Assembly: GCA_051453625.1 (NCBI GenBank)
Contig: JBOZIK010000001.1
Location: 36,082,080-36,131,835 of the forward strand
DNA length: 49,756 nucleotides
Direction: 5' to 3'
Source of the DNA: Welwitschia mirabilis
Lineage: Eukaryota
Shown: positions 1 through 10,260 of the stretch, one piece after another
How the letters are laid out: every line of letters begins with the position of its first letter
How positions within the stretch are numbered: position 1 is the stretch's first letter
The notes under the pieces: model-generated
What the model saw: the letters and a program-made list of their open reading frames with translations, nothing else
Database searches by the model: none
What the model was told of the DNA's origin: nothing
Position numbers and translations under genes: made by a program

Positions 1-229
1 ATTCAAGTTTCATCAAAGTAGTTTTTAACTTTTGGGATTTTATGATGGTAAGGTTGAATTTCAACCAATCTTAATACATTCTTATATCTATGACCTCAGT
101 GTCTTAAGTTATTCTATATTACCACCAATTCTGTCAAATCTGATGATTATCCTAACTATGAGCTTTACAATTTACCATTGTAATGATCAAACAATGTTCA
201 GAAATAAAAAAAGAATCTAAGCTAGTTGG

Positions 230-640
230 TTAAAAAAAAGGGAAGAAAAGAAAAGGAAAAAAGAAAAAGAAGAAGGAAAAAGGCATCATGATGCCCTACT
301 ACAAGTGCACCGAGGTNNNNNNNNNNNNNNNNNNNNNNNNNNNNNNNNNNNNNNNNNNNNNNNNNNNNNNNNNNNNNNNNNNNNNNNNNNNNNNNNNNNN
401 NNNNNNNNNNNNNNNNAAGGCATCATGATGCCCTACTACAAGTGCACCGAGGTAAATATTCTCGAGAGGAACCTTTGGTAGTGCAATATAATAGCTATGA
501 AACTCCACCAGGGTGTCAGTTAGTTATGATCTAGTTTTAGCTTGCAGATCCTTACACTCTTTACAGCGGTTGCACTTCCCTCTTTATGATGAATGGTGTT
601 CTTTAAATATCCTATTGGCTTTATTTTCCCATGACTTTAA
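230..640 (+). mobile_element. Remnant of Athila-like internal non-coding region (post-pol segment)
   Basis: An A-rich tract followed by catcatgatgccctact...ggtaaatattctcgagaggaacctttggtagtg...tagctatgaaactccaccaggg...cacttccctc aligns by eye with 21510-21725 (+) and with the reverse complements of 11800-11950 and 47560-47705. Boundaries are approximate. Confidence 0.6.
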
Positions 641-1351
641 AGCTATGACTTCACGAGCATGTAGAATAGATTGGTCATTAGATGGTAAGTTAGTAAGATC
701 TCACTTCTTCTCATAGCCGATGATTGGATTGAGTTAGAGTTTAGACACTATATTGATACTCCATAGGATAATCATAGGCATTATCATAACCACTCCTCTT
801 ATTACATGATACTTTATGTTATTTAGCATTAAACCACGTGTTAATAATATCAAACAACAATACGATCCATACCAATAGACTTTGTTAGGTTGGCATTTAG
901 AGGTGTAGAAATCAATATTCATCATGTCTTATTTATTTATCTTTATCTAACATTTTCTTGATATTCATGATTAATTACCTTAAAGTCATTGTTGTATTTA
1001 CTCTTACCTGCTTGAGATTAATCCCACTTTCCATTTAGCTTATTATCTTTTGGTATTTCTCCTTTTCACCACCTCCTTTACCATCTTACAATGTTGTGAT
1101 AATCTATTTTTCAATGTCATCACCTCTCATTCCTTTTGTTTTATTTACCCTTATCCTATATTTGAGCTTTTATTATCCATTTTTATAATTATGTTGAGAT
1201 GTCAATTATCTTTCCCATTTTCAATTATGTACATTTATCACAACTTCTCTTTCTTTACATCTTATCATCTTACATTACTCATGTCATTTTTCCATACATT
1301 TTTCATCCACTTGTGTTGCTTTGATAAAAAAAGAAAGAAGGTTGGGGGGGG

Positions 1352-1354
<3 letters not shown>

Positions 1355-1382
<28 letters not shown>
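1355..1382 (+). repeat. (AG)14 microsatellite preceded by a G10 run (1344-1353)
   Basis: Read directly from the sequence. Confidence 0.95.
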
Positions 1383-2459
1383 CACGCAAAAGCCCCAAAA
1401 AAGTATGTAATCATTTTTTGACATGAGGCTCATCTTTCTCCTCAAGCCAAAATGGGGCAACTATGATGGTAGTGCTCTCCCCTAAATGCTGCAATAAAGG
1501 CAATGATGGAGGATGGCTCTCAATGAAGGGCGGCACTAAAAAACAAGGTGTACAAAAAGCAAGGCAGCACCCAGAAAAAAACAAATAATAGATCAAACAA
1601 AAGATCATAGATAAAAATGCAAATAGGAGACAATCAGAGATAAAAATGTGCTCACAAAAAAGAGAATGCAAGAGAACAAAGAAGGTATTTCTAGAATAGA
1701 AATAGCAGTGAGAGAAAATGCAAATGATGCATTGGATCAAAAGTAGAAAAAACATGAACACAACATTATTCAGGGGAAGAACAGCAATAGAAACAAAAAT
1801 AGATGATTGGCAACACAGACACAACGATGTTGGTTTTAAGGTTTTTTTTTTAATATGTCTTTTAAATATTTATTTATAATGGTATTTTAATTTTTTTAAA
1901 AAAAGAACCCTTTAAAATTATTTTTTAACATTATAAAAGCTGTAAAATATGGAAGTTATACATTTGAAATACATTGTTTTTCTTTTTTTAAACAATAAAG
2001 ATATTTTTCTTAGATAGGAGTTTTCCTTCAAAAGTATTAATTAGAATTAGAGCATTATCTTATGTTTACATAAAATAACTCTTTTTTTTTTGGGGAGGCC
2101 AAAAACCTTTTTTCGAAATCATGTTCAAATCTAGTCTTTGTCTAGTTTAGACATCAAATTTTGTTATTATTGGCACCCCACTTTGCTCATTTTTCACTCT
2201 CTTAAAATCACCAAAAAACTCACAAAAATTTCTCTATTCCAAAAAAGGAAAAAAAATATTTTGTTAAATTTTTACCATTATTAAATCATAAATTTTAATT
2301 AGATTACAACCTAGATATATGCATTTAAATTTCTTTATAAGCAAAAACCTTAGGCTTAAAATAAAAGAGGGTTGTAGGCGAAATATCTTCCAATTCACAA
2401 TCAAAATTAAATTGCAAGAAAATCTCACAACATTAGGGCCAAGTTCCCAAGCTTTGTTC

Positions 2460-2735
2460 AAACAAAGTTAGTTAATCATAGTTAACTTAGTTAAAGTTAG
2501 TCAAGGCTTTGTCAAAGTTAGCCAAATTTGGTTAGCAACATTATAATAACTTATTCAAACTTGATCAAATAGTCAAGTTTAATTAAACTCAATCAAACTT
2601 AGTTAAAATGAAGTTAGTCAAGGTTATTCAAAGTTAGTCAACCTCAGTTAACCCTAGTCAAACTTAGCCAACTTTAGTTAAACTAGGCTAAGTCATTAAG
2701 TTTAGTTTAAACACATTCAAATCACTATCAAATTG
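2460..2735. repeat. Degenerate array of short (AAA)GTTAGTCAA / AACTTAGT motifs
   Basis: Many imperfect copies, e.g. aaagttagttaa, aaagttagtcaa, aaagttagccaa, aagttagtcaag, ccctagtcaaacttagccaa. Confidence 0.65.
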
Positions 2736-2755
2736 CCAAAATCACCTGTCATCAT

Positions 2756-3800
2756 GTAACATTAGAAGTAATCCACCATTTACGAGAAATAGAAAAATCT
2801 TGTAAATAATTGGGATTAAAATAGAAAGCCAAATATTCATTAACAATCACTATGTAGATGACATAATCATCATAATTTGAACATCCTTCCAATAGGCAAG
2901 AGATATCAAAAATACTATGAATCATTTTGCTAAGGCCATAGAACTTAGGGCTAATTGGAATAAGTCTAGAATTCATATCATTAAAAAACGTCATAGGAGG
3001 AGGGGCGATATTGCTAGAATATTAGATGCTAAAATTAGAGATCTATATAACATCTACCTAGGAGTTCCTCTTAAAAATTATCATAAGTCCCTAACTTAGG
3101 ACTTTATCTTGAAGAAGATTCAGAGCAAATGTAATACTTATCTTAATAAATTTTTTTCTTTAAAAGTCAGGACTATCTTAGCAAATACCTATCTAATTAC
3201 TTCCTTCAGGTACATGGTCTTTATTATTATCCCGCCAAATTTATAATCTAAAAAATCAACAAAATACTAAATGAGTTTATTTGATCTAGAAGTAAGGATA
3301 AAAGTCACATACACCTCTACAAATAAAACTTTATTACTTACCCAAAGGATGCAAAAGAAGGGGGAATTCATAAACTAGAAGACTATTTACTCACAGAGCT
3401 CATAAAATTTTTAAGAAAATGCTCATAAGAGGATAATATTTAAGTGAACTTATCAATTATAAATACCCAAATTGAATCATAATTAGAGGGGAGTCTTACC
3501 TTTAGAATCATCTTTCTAATACCAAGAGATATTTGATTATGCTAGGTACCACCCATTAAGACATAGCTAAATCAATTTTAATTAAGAAGCATGATAAAGA
3601 TAAAGTTAACAAAAGGTTTTGACACTGGTAAATCCCTAACAAGTTAAAGATATTTTACTAGCTCAAGGATCATAATAGACTTCTAATAAAAGATCAATTA
3701 ATCAAATGTAGCATCCAATCTTCTTTTACATGTGTAATCTACTAGTCAAATCAGGAAAATATTCATCATTTCTTTCATCAGTATAAATTGAGTACAGATT
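2756..3800 (+). pseudogene. LINE ORF2 remnant: reverse transcriptase C-terminus plus zf-RVT zinc-binding region
   Basis: YVDDIII at 2851 (YADD motif), ELRANWNKSRI (cf. SGLxxNxxKS), YLGVPL at 3055-3072, FSLKVRTILAN (cf. LSxAGRxxL), FI*S, PKDAKEGGI, IPNKLKIF...HNRLLIKDQL...CVIY...ENIHHFFHQ. Many stops and frameshifts. Confidence 0.88.
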
Positions 3801-5040
3801 TAATGGAATTAATGATAACTTATTATAAGATTAAAAAGCAACTGCAAGATGAATGTAGGATGGAATCTATCTAATAGTCTAGTATATTTAGCATACTACA
3901 ATGGGCTAATTTTAAATTATTCCCCTCTTCCCTTTCCTCTTAATACAATAAGAAGAATTCTATGGTATCACTTGAAAATTTGGATGGTAATAAGGGTCAC
4001 TTCAATACACAAACTATTAAATTTGAGTCTCTTGAGGAATGCTTAGCTCTATGGAATAAAGTGCATGCTTTGGGATAGGAATCCCTACTGCACAATCTAA
4101 AGGGAAGCTTGACTCCAATATTACCCCATTTTATAGATGATGAAGAGGTAATAGAACCATCTTTAGAAGAATACCAATCAAGCTCATCAAAGAATTATTG
4201 GCTTATCTACTAAAAATCCCTATGAAATGGAAGATGATTTCACTTAATTGCAAAAGGAAAAGGAAGGCTTTTTATTTCTTTCTAGGAAGCATCCCTAAAC
4301 TCTCAAGTGAACACATAAGTAGAAAATTGTTTCCACTCCCTTCGGGTTTAGGGGCAGAGCTAGTAGATAGATACTTCATTTAGTTAGGCTACTACTATAA
4401 GCTTTTTGACCTACACTTCATCTTTCTTAAGGTTTTAAACCTAGGCCATCATATTAACCTACCTTACTTCTTCATTGAAATGCTAAAAAGAAAGGATATG
4501 ACTCGAAAATCTAAACTCATAATGATTATTTGGAGAGTAATTTGGGATACTATGATGAGAAGGAAGGTCCCAATACTCCCCATATTATTTCCCATGTCAT
4601 AGGGTAATGACTAAGGCCTAGTAGCCAAATTAAAACAATAAGAATAAGACTAAGAATAACAAAAGTTCACAGAAAAAGCAGGAGAATGAGTCAGGTGGTT
4701 CATAGTTCTAGAGGGAGGTGACTCCACCCTCATCCTAGGAAACTCTTGAATAGATAGAAGTGATTCCACTCCCTAATAAAGATCTTATGACAAAGAAAGA
4801 GGAGGTGCAAGCCTATCTTGATTAGGACTAAGCGAAAACTCTTCCAAAAAAGTCAAAAATCCTTAGGTCTAGCAAGGAGACAATATCTCAAAATGAAATG
4901 AACTCCAATATAAAGGAAGAAAATCAAGTAGCTCAAGATGACATTGGTATGGAGCAAGTAAGAAGGGAGAACCTATTTACTATTATTTAATTTTTAAAGA
5001 AATATCCTTTCCTAATTCTTAGCATACTCATAGAGCTTTT

Positions 5041-5178
5041 TTCAGTGCCATCAAATCAAGCTTTTATAAGAAGGTGCTGAGACTCCATCCTAACAAAAAC
5101 AAAGTAGGAGTGAAGGAGTTTAAAGAGATGAACCAAGATTTCAAGATCATGATGGATGAAATTAATCAACTTCTAATA
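5041..5178 (+). pseudogene. DnaJ/Hsp40 J-domain-like segment at the 3' end of the LINE coding region
   Basis: Frame +1 translation FSAIKSSFYKKVLRLHPNKNKVGVKEFKEMNQDFKIMMDEINQLLI matches the J-domain helix II-loop-helix III pattern IKKAYRKLALKxHPDKN..x.xxFKEINEAYEVLSD. HPN at 5086-5094 is one G>A change from HPD. Confidence 0.7.
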
Positions 5179-5559
5179 TAACACCATCATAGTCACTTAT
5201 TCCCTAGCTATAGGAAATATTAATCTGCTTGTTTTCTCATATTTTAGTTTAGTTCTTGTCTAATTTTTTTATTATTTGCATTAGTCATATGAATGAAACA
5301 TATTCATCCTTGTTTTTATTGTACATGCCTTCTATACTTATTTTAGGACTATTTGCATGGATACTTTGATGCCTAATTTTATTGTAGTCAATTCTACTTG
5401 TATTTTCCTACAAATGGGTACTTTCACCCCTATTTTGTAATTACTTCTTTCTAATATAATTTTTTTTTCCTTATTAAAAAAAACTATGCATGATTAGAAT
5501 TTCATTATAAGTCCATACCCATTAGTTGCCTCTAAATAGGTATGGATGTCCACATGATG

Positions 5560-6885
5560 CATAAACTATGTGTGACTAAGTGAATTATCAATTTTGATGT
5601 ACTTTTAATGATAATTATAGCAAAGATATTTATTATGATAATAGCATGTGTTTCTATGGCTACAATTAGCCTCTTTGATTACATGAATGAGGACATGTCT
5701 TCATGTAAGACATTAAGAATGACTAATTGAGATGTGTAGTGAGATTCTAACTATTAAGTTTTATGATATTATTTTTTATTCTAACCTTATGCAAAATCTC
5801 TTTCTTAGGTCATGACTTTTATAACTTCAAAATGGATACCATTAGTTATACATGTTTCATGTTTATCTAGTGGCTTACTATTTTCTATTTACTAATAATA
5901 CATTATTATATTTATATTTATTCCTCAACCTTGGAGTAAGGCCCTTTTGAAAAGTGATATAACTATTACTGATTCCAATGTATCACAAAAAGTCCACAAC
6001 CATGCTACTACACATTAATGATAATATAATCACTATATTGACATTATTTCTTCATTAGATATGAGATTATAGGTGATTTCCTATAATAATTATAGTTATT
6101 TTCATGAAGGTTAATAAAAAGAAAGAGTTAAAGGCTTTGTTCATAATCCTAATGTGTATTTAATTTGTATGCTTTATTTAATAATGTAAATTAATAATTG
6201 ACTTTCATGATTATGTTAGTGAGAAGGGGTTCCTACCTAGGACACTGAGTGTAACTAATGAAGTTATTTATTTTGATATACTTTAATGATTATTATGGTA
6301 AATATATTAATTATGATAGTAGCATTTGTTTTTATGCTCATGAGTGACCTTTATGGTTGTGTTGTGGGGATGAGCTCCACATGGCACATTGATCACGATT
6401 GTTAGAGATCTATGATGAGGTTTTTACTATTAAACTTTATAATATTTTTTATAATTCTAACCTTATGAAAATAATTTTCTCAAGTAATAGCTCTCATAGT
6501 TTTAAAATTGATGTCATCAGTTACTTATCTTACATGTTCATTTATTGGCTTATTAATTTTCATTTACTAATAATATGTTATATTATTTATATTTTTCTCT
6601 TAACCTTAAGGTAAGTCAATATTAGAGTGTGATATCATTAACACTAATCTCCATCTACTAAACTAAAAATCCTCCATAGAATATCTAAGGCCATGCTATT
6701 ATATGATGATGATAACATAATTACTATGCTAACATCATTTCTCTTTTAAGCATGAAATTATGAGTGTTTTCTTATAATAATTATAGTAATTATGCAAGAA
6801 TATTAATGAATGGTAATGTTTAAAAGTTTTACTTATAATCCTAAGGTGTATTTTATTCTTATGATTTATTGATTAATGTAATTTT
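5560..6885. repeat. Diverged direct tandem duplication, two units, period ~680-690 bp
   Basis: Matching anchors: attttgatgtacttttaatgataattat (5591) vs attttgatatactttaatgattattat (6270); ttctaaccttatg in both units; ataatcctaatgtgtattt (~6144) vs ataatcctaaggtgtattt (~6835). Confidence 0.8.
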
Positions 6886-7729
6886 ATAGAAAATGGCCTT
6901 TAAAGATATATGTTTGTACTTACGATTAGAAGAATAGATAGATTAAAATAATAATTAGATAATAATTTTAATGAACAATTTAGTTAATATGACCATTTAG
7001 AACTAATTGATTAGTCACTTAGGTATTATATGTATAGTAGTATTCTTTCTTAATCTTGATTCTTTCATAAAAGTTGAACATAATTCTTATGATTGAATGG
7101 TTTTTATGCTAATCACTTAGGTAAAATTTTAAATTATATGTATTCTTAGGGGATTTATTAAGTTACATATTATGGATTCTTCTAATTTTTTATAAATTAA
7201 TTTTTATGGTTCTGATAAATAATCTTCATCTCTTGCTTAAGTCTTTTAAATTTCTTTCTCTTTGCTTCTTTAGTTCATAGATCTTTCCTTACTTCTAGAA
7301 TTAAGTTAGTGCCTTATTGTTCCTTTAGATTATTAAGTTCCATTTGATATACTAAGAGTTTAAATATTTTCCTTGAATCTCCACATAATAAAGAAAGCAT
7401 TACATACCTTAATAACTAACTTGTTTAAAATAGATTTTATACTACAAATTTATTTATTCAAACTTCCTTTATTATTTCATCTACAGTCTCATTAAAAACT
7501 ATGAGATCTTTTTGTTAAGTAATTTACCTAATAGTTTCATTAGTTTTATATACTATTTTTGTAATTTTTTTTTGCAAATATGTATGGCTTCTTACTTCTA
7601 TTCATTAGTTCTATCTTCATCATAGTGAATTTTTATAGTTTCTTATTCATTTTAATCAAAAATTATGAGGTCTGTATGCTTTTATTCCCATAACAATTTT
7701 ATCTCTTATTTAGTCTCTCAAATTCAATT

Positions 7730-8974
7730 TGTTGCATTATCAAATTATATGTATCTGATAGGGTATTTTAAGTAGTTTTGTAAGACATTAGACAGGTATG
7801 TTAAGTTTCAATGATAATGGAGAGCTAAGGAAAATGTTATAAAAACATGCAATATTCATTACATTTGATAGCATTTAAAGCAATGTATAATACTTTTTAT
7901 ATGAAGCAATAATCTTGTAATCAAAGAGATTAATCTAATATAAGAAATACTTTACATAAATCCATCATCCCCCTAATCATCCAAACAACTATGTGAACAA
8001 CATAACTACTTAAGCTGAGGATGATGCTTACTAGATTAATCTTATAGTTGATGTAGAACTTGCATGATATGGCATCATCTCCTATGATGTTCAAATGACC
8101 AGTAGGATGATACCTAAAAATAATGCTTCACCAGAATTCACCAAACTGTACATCTTCTTACATATCTATTAGAGTTTTTAGTGCATTTATTAGTGCTTGA
8201 TGATTTTAGAGTTTGCTTTGTAATAAATACCTCATTTTTCCATGACTCCATTTTGACCTTTATTTGTAATGGAAATTCTTATGATAGGAGATTGAATGGC
8301 TAGAGATCCATTCATTATTATTATAGAGAGACATCTTCCTTGGTATTGAGCTATGTATCCTTTATTAAGGTTTTGTTACTTTGTAACACGGATGTTGGTT
8401 CTCTTTTAATCAAACCTCTATTTTTCTTTTTATATTTTCTATTTTGTGCATGTCCCTTATGATTTGTGTTGCTTCAAATTTCATGATAGCTTATTTGGTG
8501 ATATAGATCATGAGGACAACGTTTATTAAGATTGAAATTATTAGCTTAGGTGCATTGCATTTCTTTTCCTAGATTAACTTTGCATTATTTTCATATTTTG
8601 TTTAACATACCTAATAGCTTAGATTGGATTTTTATCTAATGACAACATTTCTTAATTAATCTAGATTATACAATATAAATCTCTATGATAGGTTAATTTG
8701 TTAATTGAATGAAAGTTGCATCTAGAGACTTGTATTTCATTTGCATAGTGTATTTGCATTATTATTTTACATTGTTATTTTATTCTACTCTAAGAAGACA
8801 TGGTGTTTTATTTTTTAAATTAATTCTCTTTCTTTTACCTATGCCTTCAACATGAATATAATATTTGGGTCACTCCAGTCTATATTAGTTTGTTATGTTA
8901 TGTAAAATCTATATATTTGTAATTTATAAAATTTACTTATGGACCTAACATTTGTATAAAAATACATCACAATG
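7730..8974 (+). repeat. Isolated Athila-type LTR (solo-like, no TSD seen)
   Basis: Starts TGTTGCATT and is colinear over its length with 25069-26420 and the reverse complement of 43049-44154. Ends aaatacatcacaatg (cf. aaatacataccacaaca). No PPT upstream and no PBS downstream. Confidence 0.85.
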
Positions 8975-8999
8975 TTCCCTTCATCTGATCATAATGAAT

Positions 9000-10260
9000 T
9001 CCTAGTGGACTATAGGCTCAAGTGTAGGAGAAGAAGAGAAAGGATGCCTAGGATTAGTAAGGAAATAGTGGTTAAGTGATGTCATGATAATCTACATTAT
9101 CTTATCTTCCTGTACTCATATTGTCTCTAAAATACTCACTATCGCATTGTGCTCTATTTGTAGTATGTAGTATTGTATATCCACTAACTACTCCTTAGTT
9201 TACTATACTTTTCTATTAACTATCTAGATCATCTACTCTAATGTAGAGATGCCTCAGTCTACAATCTCTCTAATAGTCTCTAGGGTCTATACAAGAGGTT
9301 CTAAATCTACTCTAGTAAAGTGCCAACCATAGGTTTCTGAACCTAAGATCTCTCTGTCTCTCCTAATACCTAGGTACCCATCTCCTATAGGTAATGAGCT
9401 GAAGCCTATATGTGCATGCATCACTGTTCTTTTACAAGATATAGTATACTAAAGTATCTAAAAATGGCTGAGAGGAGTTATAGATGTCTTAGAGTCTGAA
9501 GTTATTAAGCCTTTACCATATACCTGAGTCTCTTCCATATGAATGTGGGTAAGTCCATCTACTCACCCTACTTGAATAATATTAGTATCTATAAATATAC
9601 CATCATAGCATGGCTATTATAAAAGAATGGACTAATGTTATGAATCAGGCCTCTGTGCAAAATCCAGTAGGTAGGAGTCAATTGTGTCACCAAAACACCT
9701 CATTTATCCAGAGTCAGATCTACCGGTATAACTAGTGCAGTGCCATATGTATGGTGCTCCTCTATCCTATTAGCTGAATGTATATGAATGCTCCTAATAC
9801 CACTAAGATTTGTTACTTCTATAATATGGTTTGAAAGGATGATAATCTCATGGCCCTGAATCATAACTATAATCATATCTATGAGCTAGCCATAGGCATC
9901 AAGATGATACTTCATATGCATGGTGTCATAAAACCCCCTAATCTCAAACACATAATATGTCCCCCATGCATCTAAGGTCTACAGGAGATATAAATCTATT
10001 AATTACTAGTTCACCTATACTCATGTAGCTTATGAAGTTATCAAATTACCTTCTAACACAAATGGTCATGATTTGAATAGTCAAAAATCAAGCATGTCGA
10101 GGTGGAGGATAGACTAACTTTACTCACTCAATCTATAGTGATGTTAATGGGTCCATCTCCTACTCAATAACCTTGGCCTCTATCTTGACCTATCTAGCTC
10201 TACATGTGTATGAAGTACTCAATCATAAATACATGATACATCACATAAGATTAGGTAAAT
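9000..10260 (-). pseudogene. Athila env-like extra ORF remnant (copy 1)
   Basis: Homologous to 23290-24535. Reads LRHL*LLSAIFRYFSI and the coiled-coil GISTLE*MI*IVNRKV**TKE*LVD. Boundaries are approximate. Confidence 0.65.

Larger units (their letters stand above)
2756..5483 (+). mobile_element. 5'-truncated, degenerate L1-clade LINE (non-LTR retrotransposon)
   Basis: RT C-terminal motifs and a zf-RVT finger, then a long coding-like extension, a T-rich 3' UTR (5224-5475) and a plant-L1-style end ttctaatataattttttttttccttattAAAAAAAA (A8 at 5476-5483). No TSD recognised. Confidence 0.85.

Noticed and set aside
280-453. Identical 37-bp direct repeat (280-316 and 417-453) that could suggest a CRISPR-like repeat or TSD
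   Set aside because: The copies flank a 100-N gap and homologous elements have it once, so it is a contig-overlap artefact.
1050-1824. ORFs 1050-1421 (+) and 1411-1824 (-), hydrophobic 123-137 aa
   Set aside because: Low-complexity F/L/I-rich translations of T-rich DNA and a microsatellite, with no recognisable domain.
5041-5223. Calling the J-like segment a host DnaJ gene exon
   Set aside because: No start codon, splice signals or other DnaJ domains are evident. It lies on the LINE strand between ORF2 and the LINE poly(A) and shows the same decay, although a transduced fragment cannot be excluded.
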